A stretch of 55,918 nt of DNA, the filler included, from Callorhinchus milii (lineage: Eukaryota): the NCBI RefSeq assembly GCF_018977255.1. It is 2 parts of 2 records of this genome, joined end to end, with 100 filler letters (N's around TTAATTAATTAA, not from the genome) between each part and the next. Parts side by side here need not be neighbours in the genome. Positions count along the whole stretch, not along the records: positions 28,034 to 55,918 come from NW_024705684.1; 1 more part is not named here. One strand, written 5' to 3'. Positions within the stretch are counted from its first letter, which is position 1, and the number at the start of each line of letters is the position of its first letter. This document shows positions 36,522 through 49,640 of this stretch, piece by piece. The notes under the pieces are model-generated. The model saw nothing but the letters and a program-made list of their open reading frames with translations, was not told the DNA's origin and did no database searches. The position numbers were made by a program, and so were the translations under genes.

Positions 36522-37599
36522 TATGTATGAGACCGTAAGATTGTTAAAAATGTATTATATATATTAGATAGTTCACTAATTTTCCCATCTTCGACGACAT
36601 TTTACATTTCCTGGACAAGAATATATCAGGCAAGTGAGCAGTTACACATACAATAATTTGTACCGAATAAGTATTTTTTTCATTGTTATTTTATATATAT
36701 ATTACCTCTGGGTATTTTTTTGTTGTCATTCAGCAAGCTTACATTTATATTCATGGCTTTTTCATTGCGGAAAATGTTACCCCTTGAAGCTACTTTTAAA
36801 TATATATTTGTATGGATGCATTTAATCTCAAGTCAACACCTCGATGCAGGGCTGTCAACAATGTGCGCTCACTACTGTACACGGCTTAAACAGCCGGTGA
36901 TTAGAATGCAGCAATGTGTGTACAATAGGTAGACATAATTTAAATGTAACTCATTGTAAGAATTTAAAATCAATATCCTTGCATTCTGTCGATGTAAGGC
37001 GTGAGTTGTTCAAGGCAAATGGTAATTAGGAAACACTAAAAAAAACACACGGAAAAAATCCCCCAAAATGATGACTTTCTCCCTTCCTTTATCATTATTG
37101 GGCCTGTAATTGGAAGTATTATTAGCAAGGACCTACTAAGGCCAACACAGGTCATGACGAGTTGAATTGTGGGAAGTCAAGCACGATGTTAAACAACGTG
37201 GGAGACGAAATAAAACCTTGACGAAGGCCTGCCTAACATCAAACCATGCTGATGTCTCCACCTTCTATTCGTACATATGCCTGAGTCCTGCCTGGATTTG
37301 AAGCAGCGGACTTATTTTTTTTTTGCCTGGGATGGTCCACTGGCTGTGAGGGTGATGCTCAATCGACGACATATTTTGTACTAAATAAACCCTGGCAAGG
37401 GTTCCGGAATAATTGAATATATCTTTATTCACAGACCCCCCCCCTGGTACATTTAAATCCATGCATGTAAAACTGCAACTGAAAAAAGTTTATATTTTTT
37501 TTAGCAGGTAAAGCCCACTGAGCTATACAACAGCCCTTTTTCAGAAGCGACTTGGACACAAATGATAGCTAAACGAAGTGGCTTATTACGTGGAAATTT

Positions 37600-37755
37600 A
37601 TAGCAGCCAAATGCTCTAAATGCATGTTGATTCTAAATGTGGAGGGAAAAACCGGAGGACCCGGAGCAAAATCCACATGACCACAGGGAGAACATGCAAA
37701 CTCCAAATATACAGGTGTCCTGTATACCAGGCGAGGGAGTTAACATCTCGCCACC
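37600..37755 (-). mobile_element. V-SINE-like fragment
   Basis: Reverse complement TGGAGTTTGCATGTTCTCCCTGTGGTCATGTGGATTTTGCTCCGGGTCCTCCGGTTT is the V-domain signature. Confidence 0.75.
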
Positions 37756-39069
37756 ATCACCACCCTAATCTCTACATCGGAATACGGTTGGCATGTGATA
37801 TAAGACACACTGTTAAAAAGTTTCACTATTGGGTGTTCTTTTCTACAGTGGACCCCCAACTGGGATTTAAATGCAGAACCTTAAAACTGAGTCTAGGAGC
37901 TCAGTCGCAGAACCATTCCAGAATGTTAACATGGGGAAACATCACGGCTGACATACGGCTCACTGAAGTGGATATATATATTTAAAAAAACATTACCTCT
38001 CTAAAGAAGGCAAGAAGAGTGGCATGTATTGACAACATCACAAGACTTTGGTGATCATAGTTGTCAAGCTAAACTGTATTTAAATTGCCCTATCAATACT
38101 GGGAGGATAGAGAGAGTGTGATTATATGGCAAGGATTTGCAAAGGCAACGCATGTGAAACTAAAACTGTGCATTTGGAATGCTGGGGCGTTGTTAACCCT
38201 GAATTCCAGGAATCATGGAAACGCTCAATACTATCCTGAAAAGCTAGAGCGTCTCAGCAGGCTGGAGGGATGCACATGGTTCGCAAATGCATCCTTAACG
38301 GCTTAATCATTAATCGACTTAATCAACTAATTATCCCAGCTTTAACGTATTTTGATTGTTATTCTTTAAAATCCATTTGTTAGCCATAGTAACCTTTGGT
38401 CATCCACATATTGTTAAAATGGTCCTGCAACTACATTATTCACTTAATGTGAATCATCATAAGCAGGCTATGCTGAATCATATCGTTAGTTTCGGAATAT
38501 AAATCAAACACTGACAAATATTTGGGAAACAAAATGCTTTCATATCTGGGGTATCATTGGTGATTAAAACCATTTCTGATTCTGATTGCATCACATGTTG
38601 TTAGAAGTGGAGTCGCCCGAATGCGCTTTGTAATTTGGAAATGCAAGGTAAATGAACGTAGACGCACATGCTGCAGCGTTGAAGTAAAATAACGTTGATG
38701 TGTCTCCCAGCACTAACATGCATTCAGACGCATCGCTGTTGGCAGCCCTGAGCCGGTGATAGAATTCCACGGTTTCTTGGCAAAGACCAAACTCCACAAA
38801 GAACAATCAGTCTTGATGGTCTTGAAAGTGAAACTCATTTGATTGATCCTGTAGGAAGAGTGGGCCGAGTTGACCAATCATTAGGTTTGTGAAATGAGAG
38901 TTCTCAAGTGTTAAAGCATCACAATTGGCTGCTTATAATTAATTATGAGACCACATCATCACAGAGCTAAACGTATACTTGTATTTTTTATGTGGCAAGA
39001 CAGAGATGTGAAACAGGCACATTGCTTATTTGTTTTTTTATATTCTCCACAACAATGCACATTAAATTT

Positions 39070-39281
39070 TGATTTAAAGCTTTCGTGACTGCAGGGATTC
39101 ATCTTCTTGGTTCTTTCGGTAAAGTCACGTAGAAGGGAAGTAATAAAATAATAAAAATAATAAAAATAAAACATAATAAAATTATTCTCACGACGTTTCG
39201 GCCACAACGCAAGCAGCCGTCCTCAGGTGAAAACCAGGTCCGTCGAGGCGACAGAGTCTGAATGAAACAGCACACGAGCTT
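39070..39281 (-). mobile_element. Penelope-like element terminal-repeat remnant
   Basis: Contains the minimal hammerhead below and GTGACTTTACCGAAAGAACCAAGAAGATGAATCCCTGCAGTCACGAAAGCTT, also found at 52910-52965. Confidence 0.65.
39185..39233 (-). ncRNA. Minimal type I hammerhead ribozyme motif (Penelope-type)
   Basis: TTTTCAC-CTGAGGA-C-GGCTGC[TTGCGTT]GTGGCC-GAAAC-GTC-GTGAGAA: conserved core, 7-bp stem I, 6-bp stem II (two G-U pairs), palindromic ACGT in place of stem III. Confidence 0.8.
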
Positions 39282-39311
39282 NNNNNNNNNNNNNNNNNNN
39301 NNNNNNNNNNN
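39282..39311. other. 30-N gap
   Basis: Directly visible. Confidence 0.99.
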
Positions 39312-42300
39312 ATTGCATCTTCTCCACAGCGTACCAAACACATGTTGCTGTCCGACGAGCGCCCGATGATAGTCTATAGAGGGCCCGTAAGTTGTACAAG
39401 TGAGCCCTGCTTATTATGGATTCTTACACGGGAGCCGTATGTGTAATGGTGCGATTAACCGGCCGGTACTGAAATACGAGCCTAGTAGACCCCAGCCATT
39501 CTCTTCTCCTTGTAGAATTGGGTGGGAGCTGTCCCGGCATCACTTTCCCCTGTGACTCTATCGCTGTGGAAACGGTTAAGAGTCTGCTGACCTCCGGCTT
39601 GTACTTGGGACTTCTAAGTCGGATAGAGCTTCATAGTGGGTTCTTAAGATCAGCTTTATCTGCATTTCAGGGTACAACCTTGTAGTACAGGGGCGTTTAG
39701 CCAATACTCCGTTCCCAACTTGAGGAATGGTAGTCAGTCCAGTGATTTTACTCATTCACGGTCCCTTAGTTGTGATCTTCTGATTAAAGCGGCAAAGAAA
39801 GTTTATGGCTCTAGAATTTGATATCTTGTTACATCGCATTATCGTCAAGAAACAAGTTGGTCACCGGTTCACTGGGGTTTAAGATACGCGTCGTAACCTG
39901 CTTGCATGGCAATGGAAGTGAATCATTCGGACACTGATCCTAGCTTCTCCGTTGTAGTGAGGTTTTTCATATCTAATAAACAAACAGATGTCGCTACGTG
40001 AAGCTATCAACCATTTCCCGACCTGCGCTTTCGCGTACGCAAAATCTTCCATCCTAGACCGGGGAACAGAGAAATGGCTTAGCAGGCCATAAGGAATTCC
40101 ATAAGATCACGCAGCAGAGACCAAATTAAGGCGCTTAGGCAGTCGTAATCAATGCAGTGCTCACATCGAAAACCTACTAAATTCGTAGGGTGACTGCGAT
40201 TCTCCATCTGGAAGCGCTATGAAGCGGGGCGGTTGATGTTCCCTGAGGTTGGTCAATTATTCGAAGGCGATTCGTACGGTGGCAAGCGATTCCAAGAATT
40301 ACAACCTCCCGCGCGACAACTGCGCTCAATTATAGGAAGAGACCGCAAGGTATGGCTAGTTCGGTCTTTGCATCCGGTTGTTAAGGCACGGCGCTCAAGC
40401 AGCGCATGGAGTGTGGTAAACAGTGTGAGTAATGTCGAGCCTGAAACCTGCCAACGAGCAGATTAGAATGCGCCAGTAACTCCGCATTCATTCTACGTTC
40501 TTGAAATCCCATTACGTATTTCTGATTACCTTGGTGATTACTTCCCCATCGAAGCGTTACGCTGTATTAGCAGAGGAGATAACGGTTAAACTCTCCATCG
40601 ACAGCCTGCCGTCCCGTTTTCCAGAAAAAATTTCCGAGTTTTGACTCAGTAATTGTTGTATCGTACGCCATCATATCGCCAAGCGTCATAACATGTCGCG
40701 CCCGGAGATGCGGTGACTATCGGCTCTCGGAATTCGCACCGACCGGGGTGGCTTGACGACTGTAGGATGCATTGAAGGGGCCTGTATGTTGTACCGCATT
40801 TTAGGCAGCTGTGACAGGCTTCCAAATACCCTGCGTGGGAAATGGTGACCGACATGATGACAAAACATGCCTAGCGGCACTCGAAATCTCTGGCCTGTCT
40901 GACACGGGGACTATACCTTCATAGCGTTTGTCCTGGGCTCATATTACGATTACAGCGTGGCTAAACGTCACGGCGTTAGTCCCTGATAATCAGGAGTGCG
41001 TTAGGTTTGCGACGATACGGAGTAGTCACGGGGATATGTGCCTATGCAATCGGGCCCTGATAGCCAGACTGTAAAATAGGCGCACTCAGCACTGCCAGCT
41101 TGTGTCGTTTCGTCACGAAGCACATGTTCGAGCTGGGTCCCCTTTTGGGAGTCTAGCGTTAATGGCCGGATGTACGCGTGACAACATAGTTATTCGGGAG
41201 GCTAATACTCCGTTTGAGATGTGGGGCAAAAATCAAAAAGACCGTTCTTACGGCAGTATTAAAAATTTCGGCGTTCAGATCAACTAGAATTATGGACGAG
41301 CAGAAAATTAAACGACACCAGCGACGTGTGGCAGTTGTCACTTAGTCAGTCGGGTCAGTTGAAGAACTACTTGCTGGGAATGATAGCAATAAGTATGCAT
41401 ATGTAAGCCGGAGCTCGAGAAGAACCGTTCAGGATGATACTCAACAACGAACAGTAGCGGGTCTGAACCTGAAGGGGCCAAGCCCGGACCAATGCTCGAT
41501 GAAATTGAATTGTAACTTTTCTACAGACGATATCTACTTGAATGTACCCTCCCGAGCATCGCGAAACGCATGTTGCCCATCGACTCCGGTTCATATCCAG
41601 CACTTGATTGGATTCATAAATCAACATGTACTCACCATATTTTTTTCTTCTAGATACAACATACCCTAGCGACAGTATGCGGCGGCAGCCCATCCACAGC
41701 AATTGTGGGCCCCGAAGTAAGGCGAGACGGTCGACCTAAAGCCCCTGTGCTTACAGCTCGCAGTGGCCACTATGGGATTCGAGAGACCATGTCTTGCCCA
41801 ATTTAGTCCTGCTAGCTGGTACCAGCCTGGACTCTAAAATCTATACCCTCCGCTGACGGGTGGGACAGGTGGTGAGGGAGCGCTGTTATTCAATCCCTAA
41901 ACATGAGTCTCTGGGCGGGAGTCGTCCGGAGAGGAATCTGTACCCATGACGGGGGTCGGACGTACCAGCGTGCTTGATAACTTGGATTCGGCAATCCCAA
42001 GTATTTAAAGAGTCGCACCTACATGACAGGTTGTGGCGTGGACGCCTAGGGCTCACATGCTCTTGCAAATGTGTCGGGCGTGACCTGAACGTCACAGCAG
42101 AGGGTTTAAAACCAATAATCAATGTTTGGCGGAAGCAAAATGAAGACTAAAGTTACGGTCGACCTCTTAGTGAAATGGTGGACGAGATAAATAATGGGGG
42201 TGCGCATACGGCTTACTAGTCAGACTTATGCGGAGGTTAAAACACGTACGATACACTAAACTTAACTGTGTGGTTCTTGATTGATTTAAAAAAGCGTCTC

Positions 42301-45300
42301 GGGATTATTTTAAGATACAAATGTTACATCGAACCACGGTTGCAGGAACAAGAATTGTTGGAACACATCTCTTTTCGCTACATGCCAAGAGTATGTGTTC
42401 TTAAGTGACTCACAGATAACGACTGCGCATATCAAGACAATGTGAGAAAGAAGGATTAAAGCAGTTGGCAAGTATCTAACCAAAATGCCTGGGGGTCCGT
42501 TTGTGTAGACACTATCAAAGTGAATCCACATTAGCCGGGGAGTCTGAGAGCCGCCGAATCGCCGCCAACGACGGGTATCGGGCCGGTCCAATTTACTCTC
42601 CTGCATGGCGAAGTATTGCACAATCTTAAACCCTATGTGTCACGTTGTGGGACTGTGGTTACCTCTAGACTCTAGTTTATGTGACCCGTTCGGGCTTGGT
42701 GTGAAGAATTTGAGAATCCAAAACTATAATCTGCGTCATTGACGGTACGCGAACATGGTGATTTTATCGCATTCCATCTGACGGATCCTCCGCAAGAGGA
42801 AGACTGAGAGCAACATGTGTTAGACCCGACTTCCTTGTGACGTCGACCTGCATTCCCCGGCGCCCTCATGATAGTGATACAGGATGATCAGGACGCAAGC
42901 TGGGCGAATCTAGTGGTTCGGCATTAGCGGGTTTTGGAGAAAGCGAAAAACCTCCACGTACGGCCCTCTGGCACTTGACAATACAATAGCTTGGAAGGGT
43001 CTTACGTTTGCGTTGCCGAGCTCAGGCACCTGCAATGAGTCAAAGAAGCCGCTTCTGAAGATGCCCCATAACAACGACAGCGAGGTTGGGACAGTGGCCT
43101 AAACCTTTTAGAGGAACAGGTACGGCGGCTGCATGAAATTGGCATAATTTTGTAACAGCCAATTCTCGGGTACACATTTGGGTACTAAGGAGATGTAACG
43201 TGCTATAATCACCAGTCTTGCACTCCGTCTCCATGGTTAAAAAGTTGAGTATATGCCATCGCACGACGAACTCACGGAAGTATCAGTCTGAGAAGAACGC
43301 AGCCGGCCTGGACGTTTCCAAACGCCTACAGCCGTGCGCCCTATACTGAAGCTAATATCATATTCATTTGCGATCGATCTGAGGAGATAGAACTTAACCC
43401 TAAACCTCTCTAGTTGCACTTTTCTAGAGGTCTGAGCTCGTCATTGCGGGCCGAAGGTCTAGGCCTTTTGGTCAAACTGCACGGACACCCCATCTGCGCT
43501 ACTGTTACGGAAGCGGCGTAATAGACAAACGGTTAGGTAACTATTAACATTGTCTGTCATGCGGATTAATGATATATACTAACTACAACTGCCGGCCTCA
43601 CGGTGGACATATTAAGAATTGTGTAGGGCCGACAAACGCCGAAGAGAGCGAGCTGACTTGTTAAGGGTTACCTATACAGATCTCGCTTAAAGTCGACGAA
43701 CGAATTGGCCCACCAATGTTTCACGTTCTCTATGGGTTTCGAAAGCCTTGCGTAACGTAAACATAGCCGCATAAGCTGTCATTCACTGGAGCAGTGCACG
43801 CGACAATCTCATTTGAGTTTTTTTGCGAGCTCCAGATAAACCGCCAGTGAATACTTACGCCGTCCAAGTGTCAATCGACGTGATCGGATCAATTTTCGAG
43901 TATCGATCAAGGCTGGTTCACCAGCGTATTACATTTCGGCCACCCCGATTATAGGGCCATTGCGCAGGAAGACCCCTTCGGGGTGACAGTTAATAGTCAG
44001 AAGAAACGTAATCTTCTCCTCTCGTAGAAAGAACGTGACCTGGGGTGATGCAATCGCAGGCTAAACCCGGACTATGCAGGAAGGTGTACCGACTTATCTT
44101 TAAAAGCACTGCCACGGGTTCGAGTAACCTGCCTGAAAAGCGAGAGTACTCGGAGGGATTATTCGCTATCGACCGAGACGGCGGTCCGAACAGGCAGGAC
44201 ATTTACGTCATGAGGTGTGCTGCCAAGATCAGCCAAAACAGATTTGCATCCAGTGCGATCCTTCCGTTATAAGCTTCGGGTTTGCCGTTTAGACCTACCC
44301 CGTTTACTTATCCCCTTATTCGTGAGGAGAGCGCCTTGACGGACTCTCACTTCGTTCACACAACACCTCGAGAAAAATCAATCGCTTCCGAGCTCAGAGA
44401 AACATCAGTTCACGGGAAGTATCCATTGCTATTTCTGGACAGGGTCATTAGCGGCCAGCCTCTCAGCATACCCTACGAACTAGATTGACCACGCGGCTAA
44501 AATCCCCTCTGCCAGCCATTCCCTTTAGAAGCGTTAGCCTGTAGTTACACCAGTGACTTGTTCAGGCGTTGAGGCTTCAGATCAAGCGCACAGCTGACGT
44601 ATCCTTACATTTGGTTGTGTGCACTCTGTTCGTGTTCTATTTGGCAAGCAACTTCACTTGAGCCGATCGACATGGCCACCATAAGCCCTGATTGCGTTTT
44701 AAACGAGCGACAGATGTTAGGAGGAGGGCGTACTCTGGAACTTCACAGAGTAATGGAAACTGATAATCTTGGAACCTTTTGACGTCCAGATTTCCCACCT
44801 TAGGTGTCCCGATTATATTCCACGTTAAATGGTGGTCGACGAGACAAGACCTTTACATAAGCCCAGCAGCAATTTGCGGAGCTGCCATTATAAAGAGTCA
44901 ACCAACCCAGGGAGGGCGGTGCCACCTTCGAATATGAGACGTCTGACCCCGGTAACCGTGATTCATTATCGCTTGTCCCGGTCTTCAGTGGTAATCAGTT
45001 CAAGGATTCATAGACTTGGCACTGACTCCATTCTCTGACTCGTGCTACAAGAGCCGTCCAACGTGACCCCAATCCGTCTGCAGCTAAACTTCACGCATCG
45101 GAGACGCGATCTAGATTTAGGCACGTAACTGATTATTCAGATATCGGACAAACTCTCCTGGTCATAGAGCTAATTTACGAGTTAGCGTCTATTAGTAGGG
45201 ATTCTCTGTCGCGTTGCCATGACCATTTCCTCGTTTTTGTGCCCGACTGCCTAACCGTACTGTCGTATTACAGCTGGTCGGCTTCGCACGGAGCGACACC

Positions 45301-48300
45301 GGACCTAAGTGATTTATGCTATATCCCTTATTAGAATTAGCAGTAAGCAGGGAACTGTGATAGAGGTGTTATCAGATCTTAGAGGGTTGCGAGCTGCCCG
45401 AACTTCGGTCTTTATGAAGCGATTATGCAGTCATGAGCACCCGATACAGTCCCGCTGGTCTCAGCCATTAGACGGCGCCTGGCACACAGGCAACATTCAA
45501 TAATGGCGCAAAACCTAACTGCTGTGTACTCGCATCGACGCACATGAGGTAAACTTGCAGGGACAGAGCTTCTGCGACTAACTGAGAGTACCTACCGCTA
45601 TCAAACTTTTTTTACCAAATATGCTTCCCAATAGCGGAAACGTGGACACACACGAACTGAGTCTAGATACTTTGTCCACAATTAGAAATTGTCATTGTTT
45701 GTGCGAACGTTTATAAAAATATCTTTGGTGTGGACTCAAAGGATCCAGCGGGTCAAAGAATTCTAGTTTCAAGACTAAACGACCTTTCCGTGGTTTTCCA
45801 TACGTTAGCTGGAAAAATTTGGATAAGTGGGGCTTGTAGATGGAGTGAAGCGGCCTTTGCCAGTCAATCTAACCTCGAAGGATTCAGCAGAGGGAGACAA
45901 GCCTATCCCACCGTGTACTCGAAGATTTACTCTTATAAAATTTACTCCCTAGTGAATAGCATTTTATTAATCAGCACTTATATGTCATGCGCGCTAGCAG
46001 CTAGGCAAATGGTTTAGTTAGAACCCACTACTACCGGGGACCTGGGACACGGTCCCTCGCTTCGGCAGTCTGGTGGGAATGCATAGTATACCGGGATTGA
46101 TAGGATGCCGAGTTTGACGCCGTGTTCGCCCCACTCATATATGTGTATTCAACAACGGTACAGGGTGCAGAATCCTTATTAGTATAGTCGCGTGAAGCAC
46201 CCAGAATTAAATTCAAACACGACAAAATCTCTCTGTCCGTTTGACTCCATAATAGCGTAGCTGGTGGGTCTATGGGACCGGAGACGTTTCCGGATTGTGG
46301 CCCCGATTGTGAGGTTATCCCCACCAAGGCATTAGAGTCTAAGTGGGAAGTTCTGTGCTGAGCAGACGTCGGAATTCTTGCAAATAAAAAAACATAATAC
46401 GATATCCTCGGCTCGACGGTAAAACAGCACTCGTTCTTGATAGGACTAGGAGGCTTCACTTCTCTGGCCTCTGCCCTGTAAACTTTTATTGAGTATAAGG
46501 ATGACGTATGAAACAAAACACGCTCGCCCGAGTTCGTTCGTCCATTGGATTTTTGACTGCGGGCATCGCGGCGTGGTTATAAAAAATCAACGACAGAATC
46601 CCACCGTACAGGAGTGGGTCTAGTGCCGGTCATAATGTTGGCTAATGCAGTATCGTGACTGTATCACCCCTAATGCTTTGGTGACAATAAGCCGACCTAT
46701 TTGACAGCACACCACGGAAACCGACCTCACAGGCGGGCTGGTTCGCAAACGCTACTGGGCCACGTCCTGTACAGGAGAGCACAGCCGGGCGGACCTTTCA
46801 ACCGAGCCTTCTCGCAATGCGGGGGTTAAATTGTTCGTCCGTCGTTTAACCGCCATACAAAGTCTGTCGAGGCAATGGGTCAGCTGCACCACATAGCCTC
46901 GAACACACCGAAACGAGGCGTTCTAATAGCAGCACGGCAGCTGAAAAGGCGAATTCTCGACCAGTCTACGTGATATCACACCTACTGCGGCGGGTACACC
47001 TGTATGGTAGGCAAGGCAAGCATGCGTAGCAGTGTTGCTAACCTGGTAAGCCTCTAGCAGTACTAAATCAGACGTCAGAGGCGCGCCCGATTTCAAGAGT
47101 CCTTCACCTGACGCTGTCGCGGAATACAGTTAATAGGCTTTTACGATTAATAATTTGCCTCTCGGTTAAAAGCCAGAAGTAGTCCCGGTTTAAAGCACTG
47201 CGCTTGGAGCTGCATGTTCTTCCACAGTTTCTCCCGTAGACTATGGGTTCCCCCCAGCTCGCCCGTTAGAAGCGCGCAACCCTGCGTTAGCCCCTATTAT
47301 GCAACGCAGGACTGCCGTTGATTCTACCAAATGGAATGCTGATGGTGCTATTGCGTGAATCGCGTGTCGTCTGCGAAACTGAGGTGGTCAGGCGGTTTGA
47401 TACGACACTTTGAGTCCCAGGTAACGGCCCGGTTCCATGGACTATGACCCACAGAGCAGACACGGGTCTTGATGCAACTGGGTCATTCCTCTTCTGCCAA
47501 ACCAACCTACCAAACACAGTACAACACTTATCATTATCTCCCCGGTACCCTTGCTAATAGCTCCAAACCGAGGTCGCGAGATTTGAGTTTCACACGGAAG
47601 GCTTCTCATCACGTCGATAGTCAGCTCACTCGAGAGCAACCAATTGGTTGATGCTAGGTAGATTACCCCATGCGGCCGTGATTTATCACAAAATGGCAGC
47701 ACTGACACTAGTAATAAAGGCTAATGATGTGCGGTCATAATAGGGGGTTTATACCAGTGAAGGAATCCGACCGATCACTCATACCACCGCTAGAATGTGC
47801 CCCGAAACATTCAGAAGTGATGAACAGAAACTCGAAATCGCATGAGGAGCGATACATTTAGACTACCCAGCCGGGAGCCTAAATAGATCCTGCGGTCACC
47901 TCCGTGTTGCACAGGTCGCGTCACTTAGTGCTCCAGCACGGGCGCCTTACAAACGTTTACAACCTATTGCAATGATCCTGGCGAAGCAAGAGACTCGTGG
48001 GGTCGGCCTCAATTTGATCACGCCGAAACACAAGGTTCTCAAATTGGCAGATGGCGTTCTAGCCTGAACACGCAAGCAGCTTTAACTGGGGACCTGCGAT
48101 TTACAACACATGCCATTGAGACGCTGCTAGGCGGATTCGTCGTCTGGCCTTTTAGGACGAACGGGGTGCCAAATTAGTCGAGTTTAGCTCATGCCAATCG
48201 GGCTGAAGTCGCTCCCCGATATCGTGATCAGTCAAAGAACGGCAATTTTTAACGGTTTTTGCAAGATCCTTTGGGGCAGGCCGACCAAGAATTCGCTTGT

Positions 48301-49640
48301 TGATATGGTTGCGGGTCTGGGTCTGCTACTTGAGGCCTAACTGTTTGATGGCCAGGTATTCTACACTCATAACTTTTCTAGGTCCATCATGCGGATTGGG
48401 ACACGTCTAGGGCTCCTTCGCCATATTTGCCGGTTTCAATGCTTGAGAACCGGACCAAGTCGGGGACGTAAAGTTCAATGTCTTAGTAAAGGCTGCAAAT
48501 TTATTACGGAACTCAAGCCAAGGTGCGCTTATCAGCCATAACTCGGGAAAGTTGTAAATACCCATATGGAAGCAGGCAGCAGCGCCTCTGCAATATGATC
48601 AACGCATCGGACATTGACCTGTCGCTCCAACGAAATAGTCACCAATGGGAGACATTATGCTGTGTGTCTATAACGGCCCGGCTTAGCGGACCAAATATCT
48701 GATCTGACATCCACAGGATGCAATATGGTCTGACTCATCCTAATTTATATATACTGCTATTATTTATAGAATACGCTCGATGCATAAGCTTCTAATCACA
48801 TCGATTGGCCGTGGGGCAGGATATTGCCTTAATACCTATAAGAAGTACGTTATAAGCATCTGGTTGCAACTGCGTCCTCCCCTGCCGTCTGCTTTAGCAC
48901 GATGGTGATGCCGGGTAATATACAAAATCTTATTCTGGGGTGTTTAACGAAGAATCACCAGAAAGCGTTGGACACTAAGGACAAAATCGATCGTCGATCC
49001 CCAACTTATTAGTCTCTTGATCAACTCCACGCTTGCCTGTGCTAAATACGCCAGCGGCGCTATGCCGGTACTCGTAACAAATCGAGAACTTGTAGTCGTA
49101 ACTGGTAAGATGTGCAAGCGGACATTCTACTCGCCAGACGGGTTCTTCTAGTAGCGCTCGTTCCTAATGTCCACGTCGAAAACCGTTTATACCACAAACG
49201 CCCCCGAAATCAGCCCTTTAACACAAACGTGAATACCAGGCCCTTTGTCCAGCGTCTAGATGCGCGAGCCTGTCCGATCCGCTCTGCTTGTAACAATGAG
49301 ACTCGGGATTGCTCTATGGGTATACGAATTGGAGGTCTAGGAGACCGTCCGAGTAGCATACGGTTCTACAACCGAGGCGACAGTTTCGCGTTCTTGAGTT
49401 CTTATTTTACCAAACGCTGGAGGACGGCTGAACCAGCGCGGTCACGCGTGTGAGTGCATCCACGTAACGTGCTTTTTCCTACGTCCGTGGAGCACGTGAA
49501 TACTAGTTTGATTCCTGCGAAGCACGCGCAAGTATGGCTCTGCTCGCGAGAGATTAGGATAGTGACCTAGCTGGGGGATGATACTACGTACTTGCAATCT
49601 CAAATCTCAATATCTTGGACCGCAATGAACTTCGGCGTAG
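39312..49640. other. Featureless, random-like block (probably shuffled or synthetic sequence)
   Basis: No repeats, microsatellites, TE remnants or recognisable ORFs over 10.3 kb; abundant CpG and TpA; abrupt junction into the middle of Gypsy pol. Confidence 0.8.

Noticed and set aside
38715..38850. Minus-strand exon-like segment after a CTTCCTACAG acceptor
   Set aside because: No XYLB similarity in the frames examined and no convincing donor
39312..49640. Short ORFs (60-161 aa) as a hidden operon, viral insert or novel gene system; possible CRISPR-like array
   Set aside because: No recognisable motifs, no dense gene packing, ORF lengths compatible with chance, and no periodic direct repeat found by eye
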